Origin: Comamonadaceae bacterium
Lineage (GTDB): Bacteria > Pseudomonadota > Gammaproteobacteria > Burkholderiales > Burkholderiaceae_C
Reading direction: 5' to 3'
Assembly (NCBI GenBank): GCA_014190675.1
Contig: BJGT01000005.1
Span: 2,466 to 66,465 of the forward strand
DNA length: 64,000 bases
Shown here: positions 18,355-27,522 of the stretch, piece after piece
Numbering within the stretch: position 1 is the first letter of the stretch
Layout of the letters: each line of letters begins with the position of its first letter
Notes under the pieces: model-generated
Databases searched by the model: none
What the model saw: only the letters and a program-made list of their open reading frames with translations
What the model was told of the DNA's origin: nothing
Position numbers and translations under genes: made by a program

Positions 18355-19506
18355 CTAGTCAGTGTGTGTGTTTTGGGGGGCTGAGCCAACTTGGGTGGCC
18401 CAAACCCGCTCTAGCAGCATCTCAGTGGAGCCGTCCACCAGCGTGGCCACCTGGGCACCGGCCAAATGGCGGCTCAAAGGGTATTGCGCGCTCAGCCCGG
18501 CCGCACCCAGCGCATGCAACAAAGCGGCAATGTGCTTGACTGCCATGCGGGTGGCAAAAATTTTGGCCCGCGCGGCCAGAGCATCCATGGGAGCTTGAGC
18601 ATCTGCTGCGGCACAGGCCTGCTCGATCAGCAACTGCGCCGCCTCGACATCGACCATGGCATCGACGAGCACCCACCGCCAACCTTGGTGCTCCTGCAAG
18701 GCACGGCCAAAGGTGTGACGCTGCTCGCCATAAGCACGGGCGATCCGCAAGCTGTCCGCCACCATCGCCGTCGCCATGGCCGCCACATAAGTACGAGCCA
18801 TATTGATGGAGGCCATGGCGCGCTTGAACGCCATGCCAGGCGGGTGCAGCAACTCGTCGGCAGGCACTTCATAGCCATCGAGCACGAAGCCACCGGTACC
18901 CAGTGACGCCACAGTCTCGGTGCGGCCGCGGTCGGTGCGATGAAAGCCCGGTCGCGACGCATCCACAACGAAGGCAGCAATGCCCTTGGCGCCGCTGCCT
19001 GGCTGGGTTTGGGCGTAGACCACCATCACCTCAGCCACCTGCGCATTGATGATCCAAGCCTTTTCACCCTGCAAGCGCCAACCCGTACCGTGGGGCGTGG
19101 CTTGCATCTGAATAGCGCCAAAATCCGAGCCGGCACCCGGCTCGGTCAGGCAGGTACAACCCATACGCTGCCCAGCCAGCAAATCACCCAGCCAGCGCTG
19201 CGAGACGGCCGCTGGCAGCCAATTGGCCAGCGTGGAGGCGACGCCCTGTGTGTTGATCAAGGACAAAGCAAAACCAAAATCTGCGCCGGCCAGGATCGCC
19301 GCCATGCGGGACTTGACGCTGAAGGGCAAACCCAAGCCGCCCTGCTCCACCGGCACTTGAACACCAATAAGATTCAGGCGAGCCGCTTCGTGCACCCCCG
19401 CGAGCCCCATGACACGCTCACGCTGCCAGCGTTCAGCCTCTGGCCGCACCCAGTCGTCGGCGAGTTGCTGGGTCTGCTGCAGAACCTCTTGTGCGCGGGT
19501 CGTCAC
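18355..19506 (-). CDS. acyl-CoA dehydrogenase family protein
   Basis: 383 aa with ACAD-like three-domain length and blocks (CLTEPGAGSD, ...YGEQRHTFG...). GTG start overlaps the stop of the Bug gene (GTGA). Confidence 0.8.
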   Translation of the reverse strand: MTTRAQEVLQQTQQLADDWVRPEAERWQRERVMGLAGVHEAARLNLIGVQVPVEQGGLGLPFSVKSRMAAILAGADFGFALSLINTQGVASTLANWLPAAVSQRWLGDLLAGQRMGCTCLTEPGAGSDFGAIQMQATPHGTGWRLQGEKAWIINAQVAEVMVVYAQTQPGSGAKGIAAFVVDASRPGFHRTDRGRTETVASLGTGGFVLDGYEVPADELLHPPGMAFKRAMASINMARTYVAAMATAMVADSLRIARAYGEQRHTFGRALQEHQGWRWVLVDAMVDVEAAQLLIEQACAAADAQAPMDALAARAKIFATRMAVKHIAALLHALGAAGLSAQYPLSRHLAGAQVATLVDGSTEMLLERVWATQVGSAPQNTHTD

Positions 19507-20477
19507 TTCAAACCGAGCTTTTTCACAATCACCGTCTCAGTGGCCACGTCACGGGCGATTTGTTCGGCAAACTCTTTGGGGCTTTCGCTCATACTGATGA
19601 ACGAGCCGGTGCGTTTGGTCTCTTCGATCAGCGCCGCAGACGTGGAGACCGTCATCAGCGCCTTGTGCACGCGCGCAATGACATCATCCGGCGTTCCGGT
19701 GGGCATGGCAAAGCCACCCCAGGCGCCAAACAAATAGCCGGGTGCCACGGTATCGCCGACCGTAGGCACCTCTGGAATAGGTTGCACCGATTTGTTGGTC
19801 GTCACAGCCAAGGCCCGCAACTGCCCGCCTTTGAGATGAGGCACCGCAGTGCCCAGCACCATGATGCTGAAGTCAATCTGCCCGCCCAAAATAGCGTTGA
19901 CTGATTCAACCGCGCCTTTGTAGGGGATGTGCAAGGCTTTGAAGGCCGGCAGTTTTTCTTCCAGGTACTCCACCGCCATGTGAGCCGGCGAACCCATGCC
20001 CGCCGAACCATAGGTTAATTTGCCGGGGTTGGCTTTGGCCGCCGCCACCAAATCTGCCATGGTCTTGTAGGGCGACTTGGCATTGACAACGCAGACGTAG
20101 GGCGAATTGCTCATTCGGCTGATCAATTTGAATTCCGTCAATAAATTAAAAGACGGGTCCATCGCCTGGACAGTGACATGGCCTGAGGTGATGTACGCCA
20201 GGGCGTGGATCTCAGTCGGGTTTTGTGAAACTGCCCGGGCGCCGATCAAGGCGGCGGCCCCGGGTTTGTTGTCAACGTTAAAGGGCTGGGCATACATGTT
20301 GCTCAACTCTCTGGCCACGACGCGAGCAAACAGATCGGGAGAGCCGCCCGCAGGGTACGGAACCACCACCTTCACCGGTCGGGTCGGCCATGCGGTTTGG
20401 CCCCACAGTGAGCCAGGCAGGGCCGATGAAATTGCCAAACCACCCAACAGCTGACGTCTAGACAAAAAACTGCTCAT
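19503..20477 (-). CDS. Bug/TctC family tripartite tricarboxylate transporter substrate-binding protein
   Basis: 324 aa with Tat/Sec-like leader (MSSFLSRRQLLGGLAISSALPGSLWGQ), WPTRPVKVVVPYPAGGSPD and HIPYKG motifs characteristic of Bug proteins. Confidence 0.9.
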   Translation of the reverse strand: MSSFLSRRQLLGGLAISSALPGSLWGQTAWPTRPVKVVVPYPAGGSPDLFARVVARELSNMYAQPFNVDNKPGAAALIGARAVSQNPTEIHALAYITSGHVTVQAMDPSFNLLTEFKLISRMSNSPYVCVVNAKSPYKTMADLVAAAKANPGKLTYGSAGMGSPAHMAVEYLEEKLPAFKALHIPYKGAVESVNAILGGQIDFSIMVLGTAVPHLKGGQLRALAVTTNKSVQPIPEVPTVGDTVAPGYLFGAWGGFAMPTGTPDDVIARVHKALMTVSTSAALIEETKRTGSFISMSESPKEFAEQIARDVATETVIVKKLGLK

Positions 20478-20509
20478 GTGTGCTCCTTATAAATGACTAT
20501 CAAACCAGA

Positions 20510-22813
20510 TCAATCCCATTGCGCGATGGCCTCGGGAACATTCGCAAAACTGTCCGGCGCTTGTGGGCCGGGAATGAGGGTGACACGGTCAATATGACCG
20601 CCGTACCTGTACACGCCCCGACCCTCACAGTCGGCGCTGACCTTGCGCCGACGATCCAAACCGACATCAATGCCTTCGCCAACCAGCCTTAAGAACGTTG
20701 GCGTCATGGTCAAAGTTTCGGTGGCCATGACGCCATTCAACACCAACTGCCCTACCCCTTCACGTTGACCTCGGGCACTGTGTTCAAGTCGCAGATGTTT
20801 TGGGCCAGGGGTCAAGCGCATACGGCATTGCCGCTCGGCACCACGTGTGCCAACAAACGCGGCAACAACATGATCGGCTTGGACAAACACGCACACACCG
20901 CCCATGTTGTCGCCGATGGAAAAAATCACCCCCTCAAGGCCAGATTGCCAATTGAAATGGGCCTCCAGGCAGTAATCCCGGTCTGACATCAAAGGCGCAA
21001 AGTTTTGCAGAGGAATCGTTTCAACCCCAGGATAAAAATGCAAGGGCGCAGAGAACTTTTTCTCTAAAAAGGGCGGTACCGCCAGTGTTTTTCGCAAGTC
21101 TCGGTTGTCCAGCGGATAAACCAGGTTGCTTTCGGCGTCGAGTTCGAATTCCGCAATCAATTGCTGCAGGATATCGGGGTGGCGCACAGCCAGGTTGTCG
21201 CATTCGGTCGGATCAGTTTCAAGGTTAAACAGCAGCCAGTTGTTCAAGTCAATGGCCTTGCTCATGGGTTGCAAGGACACCACTTTCCATGGGAACATGA
21301 TCATGCCCCGATTGCCTTCAAGCTCAAAGTGCTGGCGTGTCCGGTGGGCTGGCGCCTGAGCCTGCGTTAGCGTGTCGAGATAGCTGCTGCCATCCAAACC
21401 CCGCGTCGCGTGGCCGTTAAAGGTTTGCGGGTAGCTCGCACCAATCATCTCCAACACGGTGGGCAAGGTGTCGGTGACGTGAATCCACTGGGTCCGCACC
21501 GCCCCCACATCTTTCACGCTCTTTGGGTGGCTCAGAATAAAGGGGACCCGTATACCGCCGTTCATGGGTGTGCGCTTATAAAAACGAAACGGCGTGTTGG
21601 AGCAATTGGCCCAGCCCACCGGATAAGCCACAAAGGTGTCAGAGCCGCCCACCACGCCCTGCTCAAAGGCTTGCTGCGCTTTTTGGGCCATTTCCGCGTC
21701 GGTGGCACGGGCCACTCTTTTTTCCATGGTGTTCACGGTTCCATCAGGTCCGCCGATTGAATTGGCGCCGTTGTCTGAGGTGAGAACAATCAGCGTGTTG
21801 TCGTAAACGCCTAAGGCTTTGAGTTCGGTCACCAGACGACCCACTTCCTGGTCAACCAGTTCAACCATCGCGGCGTAGACCTGCATGTAATGCGCCATCA
21901 AAGGCCGCTTATCCTCGGGCACATCGTCCCAACGCGGTACACCTGGGTTGGCCTGCGACAAGCGCCAGTCTGGCCCGATCAAGCCCATGGCACGCTGGCG
22001 CGCAAAACGAAGTTCACGCTGACGGTCCCAACCCTGGTCGTAAACGCCGGCGTAACGGGCGATGGCTTCGGCCGGCGCTTGCAAAGGCACGTGGGGTGCG
22101 TTGTGGGCAAGGTACAGAAAAAATGGCTTATCCGGCGTACTACTTTGGTGGCCCCGCAGGTACTGGATCGAACGATCGGTCCAGTCCCGCGTGGCGTAGT
22201 AGTCGGGTGCGTAGGCATCAATGCTCAAAAATTCATTCCCGTCGATCAGGTGGTGCGGCGAGAAGAAATGGGTCTCCGAACCCAAAAAACCATAAAAACG
22301 GTCAAAGCCGCGCTGCAATGGCCAGGCCTGGCGGTCACTGCCTGAGCCGATGTGATAGTCGGCCGTGTTGTGCCACTTGCCAACGCCATAGGTCGAGTAG
22401 CCCAAGCCGCGCAAGAGCTCTGGCATGGTGGGCGCGTCGGGCGAAATCTCACCGGCCTGATAACCCGGATAGCCCGGATTGTTATGTGTCAGCCAACCAC
22501 ATCCAACCGCATGCGGATTTTTCCCCGTTAGCAAGGCGGCCCGCGCGGGTGTGCACATCGGGACCGTGGTGTACCCGGTAAAACGCAAACCCGCACCTGC
22601 CAAGGCGTCAATGTGGGGCGTGGCAATTTCGCCGCCAAAGCAGCCAAAGTCCGAAAAGCCCAAATCGTCGAGCAAGATGACCACCACATTGGGCGCGCCT
22701 TGCGGTGCACGCGTGGGTTCTCGCCACCACGGCTTGGAGTCTTTCAGGGTTTTACCAATCGTGCCTCGATACCCCTGGGCGGGGTTAGCGGGCGACTCCC
22801 ACGAATACTTCAT
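20510..22813 (-). CDS. arylsulfatase (Cys-type, type I sulfatase) with ~240-aa C-terminal extension
   Basis: Sulfatase signature PMCTPARAALLTGKNPH (CxPxR) and metal-binding LLDDLGFSD. 767 aa from ATG comp(22811..22813), which overlaps the stop of the GMC gene (ATGA). Confidence 0.9.
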   Translation of the reverse strand: MKYSWESPANPAQGYRGTIGKTLKDSKPWWREPTRAPQGAPNVVVILLDDLGFSDFGCFGGEIATPHIDALAGAGLRFTGYTTVPMCTPARAALLTGKNPHAVGCGWLTHNNPGYPGYQAGEISPDAPTMPELLRGLGYSTYGVGKWHNTADYHIGSGSDRQAWPLQRGFDRFYGFLGSETHFFSPHHLIDGNEFLSIDAYAPDYYATRDWTDRSIQYLRGHQSSTPDKPFFLYLAHNAPHVPLQAPAEAIARYAGVYDQGWDRQRELRFARQRAMGLIGPDWRLSQANPGVPRWDDVPEDKRPLMAHYMQVYAAMVELVDQEVGRLVTELKALGVYDNTLIVLTSDNGANSIGGPDGTVNTMEKRVARATDAEMAQKAQQAFEQGVVGGSDTFVAYPVGWANCSNTPFRFYKRTPMNGGIRVPFILSHPKSVKDVGAVRTQWIHVTDTLPTVLEMIGASYPQTFNGHATRGLDGSSYLDTLTQAQAPAHRTRQHFELEGNRGMIMFPWKVVSLQPMSKAIDLNNWLLFNLETDPTECDNLAVRHPDILQQLIAEFELDAESNLVYPLDNRDLRKTLAVPPFLEKKFSAPLHFYPGVETIPLQNFAPLMSDRDYCLEAHFNWQSGLEGVIFSIGDNMGGVCVFVQADHVVAAFVGTRGAERQCRMRLTPGPKHLRLEHSARGQREGVGQLVLNGVMATETLTMTPTFLRLVGEGIDVGLDRRRKVSADCEGRGVYRYGGHIDRVTLIPGPQAPDSFANVPEAIAQWD

Positions 22814-24459
22814 GTGTTGACCTGAAAGGGATATTGAAGAATGCAATCGGCACCTTTTTCGCCGATGGCAATTGCGGCAGCGTTGGTGTTGGACGAGGGC
22901 ATGGTCGGCATGATCGAGGAATCAATCACCCGCAGAGCCTGTACCCCCTTAACACGCAACTGCGGGTCAACCACGGCCATGTCATCGGTACCCATCTTGC
23001 ATGTGCCAATGGGGTGCCAAGAGGTTTGGCCACACTGACGGATGTAGTCCAGCACCGCCGCATCGTTTTGCACATCCAGCCCGGGGCGGGTTTCGCGCCG
23101 GATCAAACCCTGCAAAGCCGGTTGGCCAGACACATGGCGGGCCATGCGAAAGGCACGCACCATGTCTTCCTGATCCTCGGGGTGATGCAAATAGCGCGGA
23201 TCCATCAAGGGCGCTTTCAAGGCATCTGGAGAATGCGCATGCACATGGCCACGCGAGCGCGGGCGCAATTGAAAAAACCCGATCCCAAAACCCGGGAAGG
23301 GGTCAAGGCCTGCGCCGGGGCTGCGCGTGTAGCGGCTGTTGGCACTGAGGTGAGTCATTTGGATCTTCACCGTGGCGCGCGGCTCGTCGGGATGCGCAGG
23401 CACCAGCGCATGGACCGTCGCCGATGGCGTGGCCATCATGCCCCGCCGCGTCAGCAAATATTTGGCGCCCATCCAGGCCTGGCGGATCGGGCTGGAGACA
23501 ATTTCATTCAGGCTGATGCGCTGGGTGCACTCAAACGTGATGCGCCCCTGCAAGTGGTCACACAGGTTTTCACCCACACCAGGCACATCGGCTTTGACCG
23601 CCACGCCCAACTCACGCAAGCGATTGGCCTGGCCAACACCAGAGAGCTCCAGCAACTGCGGCGACACGATGGGTCCGGCGCTCAGGATCACTTCGCGCCT
23701 GGCCAGCACTTCAAGCGCTTGGCCATTGTGCAGGTAGCGAATTCCCACCGCCCGCGTCCCCTCCCACATCACCGACGTGGCCTGAGCCTGCACTTGCAGG
23801 GTGAGCCGAGGCGGGGTGAACCGATCCAGATAAGCCCGCGCGGTGCTGCTGCGTTGACCCTGATGCGTCGACAACTGCAAATAGCTGACGCCCTCGTATC
23901 GGGCACCGTTGTAGTCGGGGTTGGCGGCAATGCCAGCTTCCAGGCACCCTGCATGAAACGCGTCCCCCAAAGGTTGCGGGTCTTCTGCCAATGATGTGAC
24001 TCGAATCGGGCCCTGCCGGCCACGGTAGGCGGGGTCTCCGAGGGGCGCGGATTCAAGTTTCTTGAAATAGGGCAGCAAATCCTGATAGCCCCAGCCTGTG
24101 CACCCCAGGTCGCGCCAATGGTCGTATTCCCGTGGATCGCCACGCACATAAATCATGCCGTTGATCGAACTAGACCCTCCGGGCATCTTGCCGCGGGGCC
24201 AATACACCTTCTGGTTGTTGACCTGCTCTTGCGGCTCGGTAAAGAACGGCCATACGTACTTGGGGTTTTGCAGCAACCGGCCAATGCCCAAAGGGGTTCG
24301 CACCCAAAAATCATTGTGGTTGGCTCCGCCTGCCTCGAGCAGCAGCACGCTGGTGTCTGGCTGCTGTGCCAGCCTGTGGGCTAAGGCGGCGCCCGATGAA
24401 CCCGCCCCGACCACCACATAGTCGTAGGTAGGCGTACTCAAGTCTTTGTCCCCAGCCAC
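22810..24459 (-). CDS. GMC family FAD-dependent oxidoreductase (choline dehydrogenase-like)
   Basis: 549 aa with N-terminal DYVVVGAGSSGAALAHRLA FAD fold, GMC signature regions and the C-terminal HPIGTCKMG active-site block. Confidence 0.9.
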   Translation of the reverse strand: MAGDKDLSTPTYDYVVVGAGSSGAALAHRLAQQPDTSVLLLEAGGANHNDFWVRTPLGIGRLLQNPKYVWPFFTEPQEQVNNQKVYWPRGKMPGGSSSINGMIYVRGDPREYDHWRDLGCTGWGYQDLLPYFKKLESAPLGDPAYRGRQGPIRVTSLAEDPQPLGDAFHAGCLEAGIAANPDYNGARYEGVSYLQLSTHQGQRSSTARAYLDRFTPPRLTLQVQAQATSVMWEGTRAVGIRYLHNGQALEVLARREVILSAGPIVSPQLLELSGVGQANRLRELGVAVKADVPGVGENLCDHLQGRITFECTQRISLNEIVSSPIRQAWMGAKYLLTRRGMMATPSATVHALVPAHPDEPRATVKIQMTHLSANSRYTRSPGAGLDPFPGFGIGFFQLRPRSRGHVHAHSPDALKAPLMDPRYLHHPEDQEDMVRAFRMARHVSGQPALQGLIRRETRPGLDVQNDAAVLDYIRQCGQTSWHPIGTCKMGTDDMAVVDPQLRVKGVQALRVIDSSIMPTMPSSNTNAAAIAIGEKGADCILQYPFQVNT

Positions 24460-25067
24460 TGTTGCAGGGCAGCCAGTTCCAGGCCCATCCGTGAAAATTG
24501 CAAATCGGGCATCTCTGGCAATTCAAAGCCTGGCCCGGCGCGCGGTGGCACCTGCTCGACCATCAGCTCGACAAGGGTCGGGCCGCGCTGGCTTAACAAT
24601 TGCGGGAAGCGTTTGGTCCAAGTCTCTGCGCTGTCGATCACCTCGGTATGCACGTACCCCGCTTCTTTCGCCAAGCCCGCAAAAGACAAGGTGGGTTGCA
24701 AGGTGGCCAGGTTTCCCAGCCCTGAGAACTGGGTGCCGTTGCGAATGACCACGTGCAAGAAATGATCGGGGCGCACCGTGGCAACAGTGACCAACCCGCC
24801 GAGTTCGAGCAGCAGACTCGCATCACCATCCACCACCACCACGACCCGCTCCGGCATGGCCAGCGACAGCCCCAATCCCAGGCCGGCAGCGCCGCCCATC
24901 AGGGGCACCGAGCTGATCCGCCCAGGTGGTCGCCGGCTCGCGTCTCCGCCCGCGGCTTCGAGCTCGATGCGGTCAAAGGCAAACATGGCACCCATGGTGG
25001 CTACCAACAAAGAATCCGTGGGACGCTGCTGGGCAACCACGGCACAGGCTTGAGTCAAGTTCATCAT
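24438..25067 (-). CDS. thiamine-diphosphate enzyme, beta (PP-binding) subunit; sulfopyruvate/phosphonopyruvate decarboxylase-like
   Basis: 209 aa. TPP-binding fold VVVVDGDASLLLELGGL...VVIRNG, a variant of GDG-x(24-27)-N. Paired with an alpha-like subunit 5 nt upstream. Confidence 0.7.
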   Translation of the reverse strand: MMNLTQACAVVAQQRPTDSLLVATMGAMFAFDRIELEAAGGDASRRPPGRISSVPLMGGAAGLGLGLSLAMPERVVVVVDGDASLLLELGGLVTVATVRPDHFLHVVIRNGTQFSGLGNLATLQPTLSFAGLAKEAGYVHTEVIDSAETWTKRFPQLLSQRGPTLVELMVEQVPPRAGPGFELPEMPDLQFSRMGLELAALQQWLGTKT

Positions 25068-25072
25068 GTGAG

Positions 25073-25612
25073 TTATCTCCAGGCCATGGGAGCGGACACC
25101 AGCAACACCACGGCGGTACGCTGCGTGTGGGCCAAGGCGTAGGCCTCGTCCATACGGACCAAATCAGCCTCAGAGTCCAGGCACAAAAAAGGCACCTTGA
25201 TGGCGCCCAGCAATGGCTCCATGATGCGCACCATGGTCCGCCGTGACGCCGTACTGGGCTGCCCCAGGTTGGCGTATTCGCGCCCAAACTGCCCGACCAT
25301 GAACACCAAAGGCATTTGTGCATCCAGGCAGACCGCGCGCAGCGTGTTCATGCAGTTGTACAGCCCTTGGTTTTGCATCATCAGCAAGGGGCGCTTGCCA
25401 CCCAAGGTCAAGCCTGCAGCCACAGTCACCACTTGGTTTTCACTGCAGCAGCCCACCAGCTTGACTTCGGGCACGCCCGCTTCCAGCCGTTGGTGCAAGG
25501 CCAGTTGCACCCAGTCGGGCACCGTGACCACATGGTCCACCCGGTTGCGGGCGAGTGCCTCGACACAGGCGGATGCAGGGATAGAGAATGGCTGCAGGTT
25601 TACACTGGACAT
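25073..25612 (-). CDS. thiamine-diphosphate enzyme, alpha (pyrimidine-binding) subunit; sulfopyruvate/phosphonopyruvate decarboxylase-like
   Basis: Start set at ATG comp(25610..25612) (MSSVNLQPF...), giving 179 aa, the size of ComD-type subunits. Block ...DHVVTVPDWVQLALH...CCSENQVVTVAAGL.... The track ORF extension to 25753 runs into the divergent regulator. Confidence 0.7.
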   Translation of the reverse strand: MSSVNLQPFSIPASACVEALARNRVDHVVTVPDWVQLALHQRLEAGVPEVKLVGCCSENQVVTVAAGLTLGGKRPLLMMQNQGLYNCMNTLRAVCLDAQMPLVFMVGQFGREYANLGQPSTASRRTMVRIMEPLLGAIKVPFLCLDSEADLVRMDEAYALAHTQRTAVVLLVSAPMAWR

Positions 25613-25704
25613 GTGAGCATTTAGTTGTTCTTTAAAGCCGCAGTGTCTGTTAGGGACGGTGATACTGTCTGTCCAAATTTTGACAATCTGCCACCGGGAA
25701 AACC

Positions 25705-26412
25705 ATGAATACCCTCCATCAGGACTTGCGAGCTGGCCTGGGCTTGGTGCCATGGCTGCGAGATCTGCCCGATGAGATCATGGGTCCGTTATGTTTGGCC
25801 ACCAGGCGGGTTCAGTTAATGGATCAGGAACCGGTTGCGCGGCGCGGTCAGCTTCTCACCCACCTGGTCATCGTCGTCCATGGGCGCTTATCGCTGAACC
25901 TGGTCAGTCGGTCTGGAAGACGCCATGTGTTGGGACAGTTGAGGCGTAGTCAGGTCTTTGGGTTGATTCCCGTGGTCGAGCAATCGACAGGCATTTATAA
26001 CGTCGACTCGCTCGGGCCCAGCGAGCTAATGATGCTCTCTGGCGACGCCTTCTTGCACGCACTCACGCAGCACCCGCCCCTGTCTATGGCCTTGATAAAA
26101 GTGATGTGCGCCCGATCGCGCCGGCTTCAGGAGTTTTTGGCAGCACGCAATCTCCACCCGATGGCGGTGCAACTGGCACTGTTGCTGCTCGACATCACGA
26201 CCTTGTATGGTTTTATACCTAGCGACATCGAGCGATCGGTTGATTTGCATCTGACCCAATTAGATTTGGCCGATATGCTTGGCATATCTAGGCAAAGTCT
26301 GCACCAAAACATTCAAAAACTCCAAGCCTTGGGTTTGATAGAGCTGTCATATTCCAAAGTGCGTATTCCGGATATCCCGGTTCTGGAGCGCTGGCTGGAC
26401 AAGCAGGGTTAA
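25705..26412 (+). CDS. Crp/Fnr family transcriptional regulator
   Basis: 235 aa with an N-terminal cNMP-binding-like beta-roll and a C-terminal HTH (LTQLDLADMLGISRQSLHQNIQKLQALGLIE). Divergent from the 7-gene sulfatase operon. Confidence 0.85.
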   Translation: MNTLHQDLRAGLGLVPWLRDLPDEIMGPLCLATRRVQLMDQEPVARRGQLLTHLVIVVHGRLSLNLVSRSGRRHVLGQLRRSQVFGLIPVVEQSTGIYNVDSLGPSELMMLSGDAFLHALTQHPPLSMALIKVMCARSRRLQEFLAARNLHPMAVQLALLLLDITTLYGFIPSDIERSVDLHLTQLDLADMLGISRQSLHQNIQKLQALGLIELSYSKVRIPDIPVLERWLDKQG

Positions 26413-26499
26413 AAACTCACCAACTGCTGAAGCAGCTTTGGTGATGCTGGCGCAGCAGTCCGCGCCTGCCTGTGACGCGCCCAGACCAGCGATTGATGT

Positions 26500-27522
26500 T
26501 CATTCAGGCTTCAGTCCCGAGGCCTGGAACATCCGCAGGAACCGCTCCCGGTCGGCCACCAGGAATGCTTTAAATTCAGCGGGTGTGCTACCCACCGGGT
26601 CGATGCCCAGACCCACCAGTCGGCTCCTGCGCTCCGGCTCACGTAGCACCGCGGCAATATGCTGCTGAAGCCGCTCGATGACATCCTGGGGTGTTTTGGC
26701 CGGCAAGAAAACGCCCATCCAATGAACCGCTTCGAAATTGGTCAGGCCGGGGGTCTCCTGGACCGCCGGCACATCCTTGGCCCACGCGACCCTGTTGCTC
26801 TGGGTGGTAGCTAGCGGAACCAGCTTGCCGGCCGTGATGTGGCTCATCACCGGCGCGATGCCCACGATTGCCAGCGGAATTTGGCCTGACAAGACATCAT
26901 TGATTGCCAGGCTGGCGCCTTTTTAGGGCAAGTGCATCAGATCGACCTGGGCCATCTTCGCCAAGAGCTCGCCAGCCAAGCGGTTGCTTCCCATGTTCCC
27001 CGCCGTGCCAAAGCTCATCGAGCCGGGCTGGGCTTTGGCTTTGGCAATCAAATCGCTGATGGATTTGAGTCCTGTCCCAGGCCAGGCCACGATGACGATC
27101 GGTGAGGTGCCGGCCAGGGTGACGGGCGCCAGAACCTTGTCGGGGTCATAGCGCATGGTTTTATTGACAATCGGCGCATTGACGACCTCGGAGGGTGACG
27201 CAAACAAGATCGTGTAGCCATCGGGCGCGGCGCGGCTCACCAACTCGGCGCCGATCATCCCGCTAGCCCCCGGCTTGTTGGTCACGATCACAGCCTGCCC
27301 CAGCCTCGCGGTCAGGCCCTCCGCCACGATCCGGGCCATCGCGTCGTGGCCACCTCCTGCCTCAAACGGTACCACCATGGTGATGCCCTTGGACGGCCAG
27401 CTTTGCGCGTGCGAGGCCGCTGCCAGCAGCCACAGGCTGATGCACCCGACCCAGCCCCGTATCCGGATGGCATCAGCCAAGAACAGCCCGCCAGTACACC
27501 GATTTCTGTGTGGTGATTTCAT
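26500..27522 (-). pseudogene. Bug/TctC family substrate-binding protein gene interrupted by an in-frame TAA
   Basis: Track ORFs 26923..27558 and 26500..26892 are one reading frame. Own translation across the junction: ...AQVDLMHLP-TAA-KGASLAINDVLSGQIPLAIV. The TAA at comp(26923..26925) replaces the Tyr of the conserved (H/V)PYKG motif. Confidence 0.8.

Noticed and set aside
25640-25672. Repeated TGTCTGT and an imperfect inverted repeat CAGTGTC...GATACTG in the Crp/ComD-like divergent region
   Set aside because: It has a mismatch, short arms, and no resemblance to TGTGA-N6-TCACA or TTGAT-N4-ATCAA Crp/Fnr boxes. It is too weak to annotate.
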